Part shown: piece by piece, positions 36,305-44,402 of the stretch | How positions within the stretch are numbered: position 1 is the first letter of the stretch | Layout: each line of letters opens with the position of its first letter | Source: an uncultured Clostridia bacterium | GTDB taxonomy: Bacteria; Bacillota; Clostridia; Peptostreptococcales; Anaerovoracaceae | Reading direction: 5' to 3' | NCBI GenBank assembly: GCA_945644815.1 | Contig: CALZFA010000001.1 | Location: 1 to 47,572, forward strand | DNA length: 47,572 nucleotides | The notes under the pieces: model-generated | Database searches by the model: none | The model's input: only the letters and a program-made list of their open reading frames with translations | Told to the model about the DNA's origin: nothing | Translations under genes and position numbers: made by a program

Positions 36305-37330
36305 CTATCCTATTATAACAGGTACCAGCACCGGCACCAGAATGCTCAAAACAACCCCCGACACAAATGAATATACAGCAATGTCACTTCTCGTGGATTT
36401 TTCAACTATAGGCAAGCATACGTCCATGGCTGCCGCTCCCGGCATTCCCGTAGTTTCTATATACCCGATTTTCTGGGCAACCATAGGAATAAGCAGTATA
36501 GAGAATAGCTCTCTCATTACGTTATGAAGAAATGCCACTGCGCTGGCAGTCAGATATCCGGCTTCCATAATGATACCCGGTGCAAGGGTATACCATCCGA
36601 AACCGGCGCCTATGGCCGCAGCCTCTTTTAAGCTCAGGCCCATAAGCATTCCGCTTACAGAAGCACCTACAAGAGTAGCGATAACTACCGCGATTGGGAA
36701 CACTATGATTCTGAATCCCACTTTTATGAAATTTTCGATTACGGTACCGTCAAGTCCCAGATCTATTCCTACAAACAGCAACAGCAGGCACAAGCCTATT
36801 TTAATCCCCAGACCTGCCATATTATCAAAGCTTTCCATATTTCCCTGAAAAGCACTGCGTATTACAAAATATCCGATGAGCATACCCGCGGAAGCGGCTC
36901 CCAATATGAGAAGAGTCATCACATTGATGCCGCCTTTTTTGTTTTCTTCTTCAGCTTCTAAAGTCTCCGCAGCTTCTTCTATTTCTTCAAAGGCTTCTTT
37001 TTCCTGACTGTTCATTCCGGCTTTTTTATCCGTGTTATTCAGTCGGCCGTATCTGTCAATCCCCATAACTTTACGTGCCGCGGTGATTGCGGCAATAGAG
37101 AGCACCATTGAGGCAATTGTAATAACAAAAGCTGTAATTCCTATGGTCTTCAGGTTCTCTGTTATTTCTCTGTTGGCACCCATCCTCATTCCCATCAGAA
37201 GCACCAGACACGTAATGGCAACAGTCTGCGCCTTCCCCGTCCAGGAAAGCTTATCTTTATATTCATTTATCCTGCTTCCGATAAAATACCCTACAGCGGT
37301 AATTCCGAGATATAAAATTAAATCAGACAT
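36305..37330 (-). CDS. LysO/YbjE-family (DUF340) membrane protein, paralog 1
   Basis: Same architecture as paralog 2 and collinear with it (GFGWYTLAPG...IPMVAQKIGYIE). Confidence 0.65.
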   Translation of the reverse strand: MSDLILYLGITAVGYFIGSRINEYKDKLSWTGKAQTVAITCLVLLMGMRMGANREITENLKTIGITAFVITIASMVLSIAAITAARKVMGIDRYGRLNNTDKKAGMNSQEKEAFEEIEEAAETLEAEEENKKGGINVMTLLILGAASAGMLIGYFVIRSAFQGNMESFDNMAGLGIKIGLCLLLLFVGIDLGLDGTVIENFIKVGFRIIVFPIAVVIATLVGASVSGMLMGLSLKEAAAIGAGFGWYTLAPGIIMEAGYLTASAVAFLHNVMRELFSILLIPMVAQKIGYIETTGMPGAAAMDVCLPIVEKSTRSDIAVYSFVSGVVLSILVPVLVPVIIG

Positions 37331-37435
37331 TTTATCAATTCTCCCAAAAATTATTGCCGGGCATCAATCACTTTTTGCCCTTTCTTCATACTTGACTATT
37401 CTATCATTTTCCTTCAAAAATGTCTACATATTCCC

Positions 37436-37464
37436 TTGACAAAAGTCCACATATCCTTTATATT
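37436..37464 (+). promoter_or_regulatory. sigma-A promoter TTGACA-17-TATATT for pyrP-pyrR
   Basis: Read directly. Confidence 0.65.
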
Positions 37465-37485
37465 TACACACAGAAAAAGAACATC

Positions 37486-37576
37486 TTTAAATCGGTACAG
37501 AGATACCGGCAAGATTTAAATATACTCGGTGAATTGCTGTGAAATGTTGGGTCTTGCTGTATGCAAGGCTTTTTTT
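37486..37576 (+). promoter_or_regulatory. PyrR-binding anti-antiterminator hairpin (37486..37520) plus attenuator terminator (37551..37576)
   Basis: UUUAAAUCGGUA-CAGAGA-UACCGGCAAGAUUUAAA resembles the PyrR binding loop (ARUCCAGAGAGGYU class). It is followed by GUCUUGC-UGUAU-GCAAGGC-U7. Confidence 0.7.
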
Positions 37577-37650
37577 ATAGGAATTTCCTGAATAATATCT
37601 TAGATGTTCCTTTGCAATACTATAACCAATACCAAGAGGAGAAACAAATC

Positions 37651-38958
37651 ATGCAAAATCACGAACCAATTTATGATGTACGCACCCTGGGTGCAGGAAA
37701 AACCATTATTCTCGGGCTTCAGCACACCTTTGCCATGTTCGGTGCAACCGTGCTTGTACCCATTCTAACAGGTCTTCCCATTTCTACAACACTGCTCTTT
37801 GCAGGTCTGGGAACACTCTTGTTCCATTTGGTAACCAAAGGACAGGTTCCGGCATTCCTGGGCTCATCCTTCGCTTTTCTGGGAGGATATGCGGCAGTTG
37901 CTCCTTTGCTTGAGGACGGTTCTCCTAACACGGAAATGCTGCCTTACGCCTGCGGCGGAGTCTTCTGCGCCGGAGTGGTTTATCTTATTCTGTCAGCCTT
38001 AATCAAGGGCTTCGGAGCAAAAAAAGTAATGCGCTTCTTCCCTCCGGTAGTGACGGGGCCGATTATTATTTCCATCGGCCTGATTCTGGCGCCTACTGCT
38101 ATCAGTAACTGTGCTACCAACTGGCCTGTAGCCATTATTGCTCTGGTAACGGTTATCGTATTCAACATCTGGGGCAAAGGAATGTCAAAGATTGTTCCGA
38201 TTCTTATCGGTATAATCGTGTCATATGTGGCAGCACTCTTAATGGGCGATGTAAGCTTTGAGGGCTTCAGCGATGAGGCAGTTCTCGGCCTTCCGCCTAT
38301 CACTATTATGAAATTTGATATAAGTTCAATAATCACCATTATGCCTCTGGCTCTGGCTACCATGATGGAGCACATAGGAGATATTTCTGCTATCGGTGCA
38401 ACTACCGGCAAGAACTACATTGCAAAGCCGGGTCTCCATCGGACTCTGTTAGGCGACGGTCTGGCTACCTGCCTCGCGGCTGCTTTCGGTGCTCCTGCCA
38501 ACACCACATATGGTGAAAACACCGGTGTTCTTGCCCTTACCAAGGTTTATGACCCGAGAGTAATGCAGATTGCCGCAGTATTTGCAATCATCCTTTCCTG
38601 CGTACCTAAGGTTGCCTTCATAATAGAAAGCATTCCTACAGCTACCATCGGCGGCATTTCATTTATTCTGTACGGAATGATTTCCGCCATCGGTATCAGA
38701 AACGTTGTGGAAAACAGAGTAGACTTTACAAGAAGCAGAAATACTATTATAGCTGCCCTCATTCTGGTATGCGCACTCGGCTTCAACTCCATCGGCGGAA
38801 TCTCATTTACGGTCTTTGGGGCTACAATCTCCCTCTCAGGCCTTGCCATCGCATCGCTTGTCGGAATCATTGTAAACGCAATTCTTCCGGGCAACGAGTA
38901 CGAATTCAAGGAAAGTGCTGATGAGAACAACGACAAGTTCCAGACATACAAACTTTAA
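37651..38958 (+). CDS. pyrP: uracil permease (NCS2 family)
   Basis: LGLQHTFAMFGATVLVP and GENTGVLALT motifs. AAGAGGAG RBS before ATG 37651. The ORF-track start at 37561 lies inside the attenuator terminator. Confidence 0.85.
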   Translation: MQNHEPIYDVRTLGAGKTIILGLQHTFAMFGATVLVPILTGLPISTTLLFAGLGTLLFHLVTKGQVPAFLGSSFAFLGGYAAVAPLLEDGSPNTEMLPYACGGVFCAGVVYLILSALIKGFGAKKVMRFFPPVVTGPIIISIGLILAPTAISNCATNWPVAIIALVTVIVFNIWGKGMSKIVPILIGIIVSYVAALLMGDVSFEGFSDEAVLGLPPITIMKFDISSIITIMPLALATMMEHIGDISAIGATTGKNYIAKPGLHRTLLGDGLATCLAAAFGAPANTTYGENTGVLALTKVYDPRVMQIAAVFAIILSCVPKVAFIIESIPTATIGGISFILYGMISAIGIRNVVENRVDFTRSRNTIIAALILVCALGFNSIGGISFTVFGATISLSGLAIASLVGIIVNAILPGNEYEFKESADENNDKFQTYKL

Positions 38959-38961
38959 TAA

Positions 38962-39531
<570 letters not shown>

Positions 39532-39613
39532 CGGTGTTGTCTCATAAAATTTCAAATTATAATAACCCCTCTATGATAGCCCCGGGTTAATAAGGAGTTG
39601 TTTTAGAAATGAT

Positions 39614-39665
39614 GGTGTAATCTCGGTAAAATGGGGTTACACCTTTCCTTTTCTTTTCTGCTTTT
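39614..39665 (+). terminator. putative pyrR terminator (GGTGTAA-16 nt-TTACACC followed by a T-rich tract)
   Basis: Read directly. The large loop lowers confidence. Confidence 0.4.
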
Positions 39666-39804
39666 GAGTTCCTCAACCGATTTCATTAACTTTTTTATGT
39701 CTTTTATGCCGCAACATCAAATAGAATTATGCAAATAAAGAACTTCTAAAGAACTGCCGATTAACGATTACAATTAACGAAATCTTGACAGAGCACCAAC
39801 GGCT

Positions 39805-39857
39805 GATGAATAAAACTCCACCAAAATCATAAAAAACGGCAAAAATGGTGGAATTTT
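39805..39857. repeat. hairpin module A (AAAACTCCACC - 24-nt loop - GGTGGAATTTT)
   Basis: Direct repeat of 39972..40017, 44 of 46 positions identical, offset 160 bp. Confidence 0.8.
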
Positions 39858-39971
39858 GTCGACTGATTGTACGCCCGAAGATCATGTAATAAAATGTGAA
39901 ACATTGAAATTTCAACATTTGTTATACGTTCGCTTTAGAGCAATAGGCCTCGAAGCGCCTCCAGTAAAGCA

Positions 39972-40024
39972 AAAACTCCACCAAAATCATAAAAAACGGA
40001 AAAAATGGTGGAGTTTTATTCATC
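39972..40024. repeat. hairpin module B (AAAACTCCACC - 24-nt loop - GGTGGAGTTTT); likely terminator of the minus-strand transporter gene
   Basis: Perfect 11-bp stem. Right arm plus flank (40007..40024) is an 18-bp perfect inverted repeat of 39805..39822. Confidence 0.8.
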
Positions 40025-40122
40025 GGTCAAAAGCCCTGCAATGCCACAAATGAGTTAAGCTAATTATGCTTCCTTATCCACCCGCATCATTGATAAAGAG
40101 GGATTTTTAACGCTCACTTCTC

Positions 40123-41448
40123 CTACAGAAGAGGTGCCACAAGGATGGCGCAAAGCGCAATAGGAATATTATAGCACAAGGCTGTCGGTACACATGTATC
40201 CCAGATGTGGTCGTGCTGTCCGTCAGCGTTGAGACCGCACGTAGGTCCCAGAGTTGTATCCGATGCCGGAGAGCCTGCATCGCCGAGAGCTGCGGCAGCT
40301 GCAATGAGCATTACAGTTCCACCTGCGCTGAATCCCATCTGAGCACAGAGCGGCACGTACAGCACTGCCAGTACAGGTATGGTTCCGAAAGATGTACCGA
40401 TGCCGATAGTGATAATAAGACCTATGAGCATCATTACGGCTGCAGCGATAAACCTGCTTCCTCCCATAATGTAAAGAGAAGCTTCAACTAGTTCTCCTAC
40501 GGCTCCTGTCTCATTCATAACGTTGGCATAACCTGCAGCCACCAGCATGATAAAAGCGATAACACCCATGATAGAAAAACCATTTTTTACTACAGTCTCA
40601 AGTGCACTAATCTTTACTGCGCCTCCGGCGACCATGATTATGATTCCGGTGAGAGCACCCAGCGGCAGGGAATCTGTGATAAGATTGATAATTAAAGTTC
40701 CTGCTGCAGCAACAAGAGTAACCCAGTGAGCCGCTGTCATCTTAAGCTGAACAGGCTTGCCGTTTTCGTCAAGTTCTGCAGGAGCCGCACCTGCCACCTC
40801 AAGATTTTGATACTCTCTCGGTTTTCTGAAGGCAAAGACGGCTGCCACAAGTCCAACGATCATTGCAGCACCAAGGGGCCATGTGTAGTGCCACACATCT
40901 CCTACCTCGATGGCCATTCCGTTAGCCTGTAGATTGTCCGAAATAAGACCATGAAAAATAAAGCCGAAACCAAAAGGCAGAGCTATGTACGGTGCCTTAA
41001 GTCCGAATGCGAGAGCACATGATATGTTTCTTCTGTCCAGCTTCATTTCATTCATAACATGAAGCAATGACGGTATCAATATAGGAATAAAGGCGATGTG
41101 AACCGGAATAAGGTTCTGAGAACAGCAGGCTATAAATGTCAGAGAAATAATAAGAGCCAGCTTGTTCCTTCCTACCACGTGAGAAATTTTCTGCGAAAGA
41201 ATTTCCGTTATTCCTGTATAAGCCATACCGCTTGCCAGTATTCCCAGCAGGATGTAGCTGAGAGCAGTTTGTGCGTTGCCTCCCATTCCCGAAATCAAGA
41301 CTCCCATGGTATCCACTATGGATATTCCCGCCAGAAGGCCTGCTGCCATGGCAGAAATCAGGAGGGAAAGCAATACATTAATCTTAAGCATGCAGAGTAC
41401 TATGAGAAGAACTACAGCAACTACTATAGGATTCAAAATAATTTCCAT
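40123..41448 (-). CDS. Na+/H+ antiporter-family (YuiF-like) transporter, probable amino-acid/organic-acid carrier
   Basis: 441 aa and polytopic. Resembles the YuiF/Na_H_antiporter family. AAGGAG RBS. Confidence 0.6.
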   Translation of the reverse strand: MEIILNPIVVAVVLLIVLCMLKINVLLSLLISAMAAGLLAGISIVDTMGVLISGMGGNAQTALSYILLGILASGMAYTGITEILSQKISHVVGRNKLALIISLTFIACCSQNLIPVHIAFIPILIPSLLHVMNEMKLDRRNISCALAFGLKAPYIALPFGFGFIFHGLISDNLQANGMAIEVGDVWHYTWPLGAAMIVGLVAAVFAFRKPREYQNLEVAGAAPAELDENGKPVQLKMTAAHWVTLVAAAGTLIINLITDSLPLGALTGIIIMVAGGAVKISALETVVKNGFSIMGVIAFIMLVAAGYANVMNETGAVGELVEASLYIMGGSRFIAAAVMMLIGLIITIGIGTSFGTIPVLAVLYVPLCAQMGFSAGGTVMLIAAAAALGDAGSPASDTTLGPTCGLNADGQHDHIWDTCVPTALCYNIPIALCAILVAPLL

Positions 41449-41492
41449 GTTTTTACTCCTTTTGTGTGTTAAATTGTTACATCACTAAAATA

Positions 41493-41508
41493 TGCAACAA
41501 TCGCGCCA
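41493..41508 (-). promoter_or_regulatory. sigma-54 promoter P1 (TGGCGC-GATTG-TTGCA)
   Basis: GG-N10-GC on the minus strand. The -12 element lies about 45 nt upstream of ATG 41448. Confidence 0.75.
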
Positions 41509-41516
41509 ACGCCTTT

Positions 41517-41567
41517 TGAGCCATTTTTAGCTCATCTCCCCGAGCTCTATGAACCATTTATGGCTCA
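41517..41567. promoter_or_regulatory. pair of 18-bp palindromic sites (TGAGCCATTTTTAGCTCA, TGAACCATTTATGGCTCA); putative enhancer (UAS)
   Basis: Read directly. The sites are 33 bp apart and lie 119-169 bp upstream of the -24 element of P2. Confidence 0.65.
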
Positions 41568-41684
41568 GGATTAATGCCCCGATCGCTTTTTTTAGTTCCG
41601 CTTTTGGAAACAGGACCCTACAAATCGCGCAAAAACGCCGCGAAGCCGGTTTTTCTCTTTTCTCTCGGAATCCTTGGCAAAAGT

Positions 41685-41700
41685 TGGCACGGCTTATGCA
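41685..41700 (+). promoter_or_regulatory. sigma-54 promoter P2 (TGGCAC-GGCTT-ATGCA)
   Basis: GG-N10-GC, about 70 nt upstream of ATG 41772. Confidence 0.7.
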
Positions 41701-41771
41701 TTATATAGGGGCAAAAGAAAAAAATAGCACTAAAACCCAAAACAATAACGAAATGAACGGAGGTAACCAAA

Positions 41772-42011
41772 ATGACAAACAAGAAACAATTATTAGACTA
41801 TGCTTTTACAGAAGCCGTTTCAACTTTAAACCTTAATTCCCTGACAAAAGAAGTTGCCGAAGAAGCAATCGCTACTGCAATGTTCGGATATGCAGAGCGC
41901 GAAGGCTATGAATTCACAAAGGAAGAGGTACACGCTACAATTGTTGCCGGTATGGAAACGATGGCTAAATCAAAAGCAGACTTCACTTTTCAGACTTGGA
42001 CAATGAAATAA
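41772..42011 (+). CDS. 79-aa acidic, predicted helical protein of unknown function
   Basis: GGAGG lies 8 nt upstream of the ATG. It has its own sigma-54 promoter and its own terminator. I recognise no motif. Confidence 0.6.
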   Translation: MTNKKQLLDYAFTEAVSTLNLNSLTKEVAEEAIATAMFGYAEREGYEFTKEEVHATIVAGMETMAKSKADFTFQTWTMK

Positions 42012-42031
42012 GTAAAGAATGAACGAGACAG

Positions 42032-42061
42032 AAAAAGGATGCTTCATCAGCATCCTTTTTT
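42032..42061. terminator. bidirectional intrinsic terminator (AAAAAGGATGCT-TCATC-AGCATCCTTTTT)
   Basis: 12-bp perfect stem between convergent genes. Confidence 0.85.
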
Positions 42062-42068
42062 CTTTCTG

Positions 42069-44147
42069 TTAAAGGTCGTGTTTTAATTTCTTTCGCGCCA
42101 GAGTGGTCTGCGGTATACCTAAAAATTCCGCAGCTTTTCTGGTCGTTCCTTTCTTTTTGAGAGCGTAGGCTATGATTTTCTTTTCCTGCTCGTCCATAAG
42201 CTGATTAAAATCTATTCTCTCCACTCCGTTCATTTCTTTTCTCATGTCAAGAACAATCTCACCCAGCATATTTCTGTTAATAAGTTCATCTACGGCATAC
42301 CCGTCGATGACATCGTCTTTTTCGGCTATATACAGTCTATGCACGGTGTTTTCCAGTTCGCGCACATTGCCCGGCCAGTGATATTCCTCAAGCTGCCTGT
42401 ATGCGTCTTCAGAGAACTCCTTCTCTACACCGTACTTCTCACTGTAATTTTTAAGGAAAGCCTCTGCAAGGCAGGAGATATCCTCCTTCCTGAAGCGAAG
42501 AGGAGGTACGTTGATCAGACAGATATTCAGTCTGTAATAAAGATCTTCTCTGAAATGTCCCTCTTCCACCAGTTTTTTCAGAGGAATATTGTTAGCACAT
42601 ATTACTCGCACATTGACGTGCTTAGGCTTTGTCCCTCCCACCCTATAATATGTGCTTTCCTGAAGTACTCTCAGAAGTTTGGACTGCATGCTCAGAGAAA
42701 GGCTCCCTATTTCATCAAGAAACAACATCCCATTGTTTGCAAGCTCGAAATATCCTTCCTTTCCTCCTGCCTGGGCACCCGTAAACGAACCTTTCTCATA
42801 TCCGAAAAACTCTGATTCTGCCAAATTTTCCGAAATAGTTGCACAGTTTATCTTGACGCAGGGTTTATCTTTTCGGCTGCTGTTCTGATGAATCAGGTTA
42901 AATACCTTTTCCTTGCCGACGCCGGTTTCTCCCTGTATTATCACATTGCAGTCATATTGAGCAACGTTAAGGACTTCTTCCACCATTTCGGCCGTCACCC
43001 GACTTTTATATATAAAGCCGTCTATCTGCCGTGCTGCCGCCTGGGTTCTTTCTTTAAACGCAGTGCGGACTTTCTGCGGTCTCTTCTTTTTACCTGCATA
43101 AAATGCATCCAGTCGGCGCAGAGCGGGTTCTGTCTGTTCCACAATGGTGAGCGCAAATTCATAGGCATTGCTGCTGTAACCATCAAGTCCATAGTGAGTT
43201 ATATCCTTTCCCAGACAGTCTACCACCAGAAGTCCGTGACAATATCTGTTGTTCATGCTCGTATAGCATACCAGACCGTTATCCTTTGATATGAGCGAAG
43301 CTACGCTTTCGCAGCCCTTTATGTTTTCCAGGTTTATTACAGCATCAAATCCGTTTTCTTCTTCCATGGACATTATTTTTTTTACCGCCTCCATAGGCTT
43401 ACTCAGGTCCACAAAATAAATTCCGTCCACCAGCGGACCAAAGATGATTTTCAAATCTTCTCTGGTTATCCCTGCAAAGTATGCCCCGTCAATAACAAAT
43501 TTCACTGTAACCGGGCTGTCATTACTGTCTTTGACCATCTGAGAATAATATATAGCCTCCGCTATATTGCTGCCGATAATAGCTGCTTTGTTTATTTTGC
43601 GGGGTTTCAGCTCGCAGGATATGCCGTAAATGCTGCCCTCTTCCTCAAGGGCTCTTACGAGATGTATTGTGCTCATTGCGTACGGTTCATCAATCTTAAC
43701 CATCTGAACCGTCTCAAAGCATATGGCGTAACCCGTGCATCGTATTCTGCCGTAGTTTACATCTATCTCGCCGATTTCATCAATAGAAGCCGGCAGACCC
43801 GCCATAGGCGTAAGACATATAACGTCATCTCCAAGCTTCAGTTTTCCCAAGTCAAACCCCGGTGAAGTTTCTTCAATAGTGCCGATAAAAAGGGCACTGC
43901 TCTCTGTATATGGGTTATGGAACTTGCCTCGTTCCTTAACAATCTTAATAATTCTTTCTCTGATTTTCTCATCATCGTTATCGCAGACACTGCATAACTG
44001 AAAGAAGTTTTCCCGTTCGAGCACTATGCCGCTCAGACGGATTCTGATTTCTCCTTTTTTTAGCTCAGGATCATTGTCTAACTTCCATGCTGTCACAGGA
44101 AGGCTTCCTGCAGGTTCAATTACCCGGTTTAACCCGAAATTTTTCAT
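42069..44147 (-). CDS. sigma-54-dependent transcriptional activator (bEBP) with a Kdd-like N-terminal sensor domain
   Basis: GETGVGKE, ESEFFGYEKGSFTGA (GAFTGA loop), LFLDEIG, and a C-terminal Fis-type HTH. GGAGGAG before ATG 44147. The longer ORF reaching 44225 would cover the UAS sites. Confidence 0.85.
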   Translation of the reverse strand: MKNFGLNRVIEPAGSLPVTAWKLDNDPELKKGEIRIRLSGIVLERENFFQLCSVCDNDDEKIRERIIKIVKERGKFHNPYTESSALFIGTIEETSPGFDLGKLKLGDDVICLTPMAGLPASIDEIGEIDVNYGRIRCTGYAICFETVQMVKIDEPYAMSTIHLVRALEEEGSIYGISCELKPRKINKAAIIGSNIAEAIYYSQMVKDSNDSPVTVKFVIDGAYFAGITREDLKIIFGPLVDGIYFVDLSKPMEAVKKIMSMEEENGFDAVINLENIKGCESVASLISKDNGLVCYTSMNNRYCHGLLVVDCLGKDITHYGLDGYSSNAYEFALTIVEQTEPALRRLDAFYAGKKKRPQKVRTAFKERTQAAARQIDGFIYKSRVTAEMVEEVLNVAQYDCNVIIQGETGVGKEKVFNLIHQNSSRKDKPCVKINCATISENLAESEFFGYEKGSFTGAQAGGKEGYFELANNGMLFLDEIGSLSLSMQSKLLRVLQESTYYRVGGTKPKHVNVRVICANNIPLKKLVEEGHFREDLYYRLNICLINVPPLRFRKEDISCLAEAFLKNYSEKYGVEKEFSEDAYRQLEEYHWPGNVRELENTVHRLYIAEKDDVIDGYAVDELINRNMLGEIVLDMRKEMNGVERIDFNQLMDEQEKKIIAYALKKKGTTRKAAEFLGIPQTTLARKKLKHDL

Positions 44148-44173
44148 TTCTCCTCCAAATGTTTCATATGTGA

Positions 44174-44222
44174 TGTGCCGTTTTTGGCTCAAGCTTCGTT
44201 GCATTGTACCATTTTTGGGTCG
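44174..44222. promoter_or_regulatory. second pair of the same 18-bp motif (TGTGCCGTTTTTGGCTCA, TGTACCATTTTTGGGTCG); putative UAS for P3
   Basis: The sites are 31 bp apart and lie 112-160 bp upstream of the -24 element of P3. Confidence 0.6.
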
Positions 44223-44332
44223 CATTTGTCAACTCTCAGGCATAAGAATCAGGACTTTTTCTCATTGAGTTTAAGATAGCAAGAGTTCTGTTCTCAATGT
44301 GCTGCCGGGTTTTTGCTAATTTTTTATCAAAT

Positions 44333-44348
44333 TGGCACACAACTTGCT
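44333..44348 (+). promoter_or_regulatory. sigma-54 promoter P3 (TGGCAC-ACAAC-TTGCT)
   Basis: GG-N10-GC, about 55 nt upstream of ATG 44403. Confidence 0.8.
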
Positions 44349-44402
44349 CTTTAGTGAAATGTACTGATGAATTTTACATTAAAGAAAAGGAGAAATTATC
44401 AA

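Noticed and set aside
39594-39620. A three-codon mini-ORF ATG ATG GTG TAA behind AAGGAG, just after pyrR.
   Set aside because: Its stop codon lies in the 5-prime arm of the putative pyrR terminator and nothing lies downstream for it to regulate. It is most likely a coincidence.
39727-40053. ORFs 39727..39918 (-) and 39856..40053 (+) in the large non-coding region.
   Set aside because: They have no RBS and their products are hydrophobic or low-complexity. They are built from the A/T-rich repeat and hairpin sequence itself.
41549-41836. A 95-aa ORF spanning the divergent sigma-54 control region.
   Set aside because: It runs through the UAS sites and promoter P2 and overlaps the RBS-preceded 79-aa gene in another frame. 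It has no RBS of its own.
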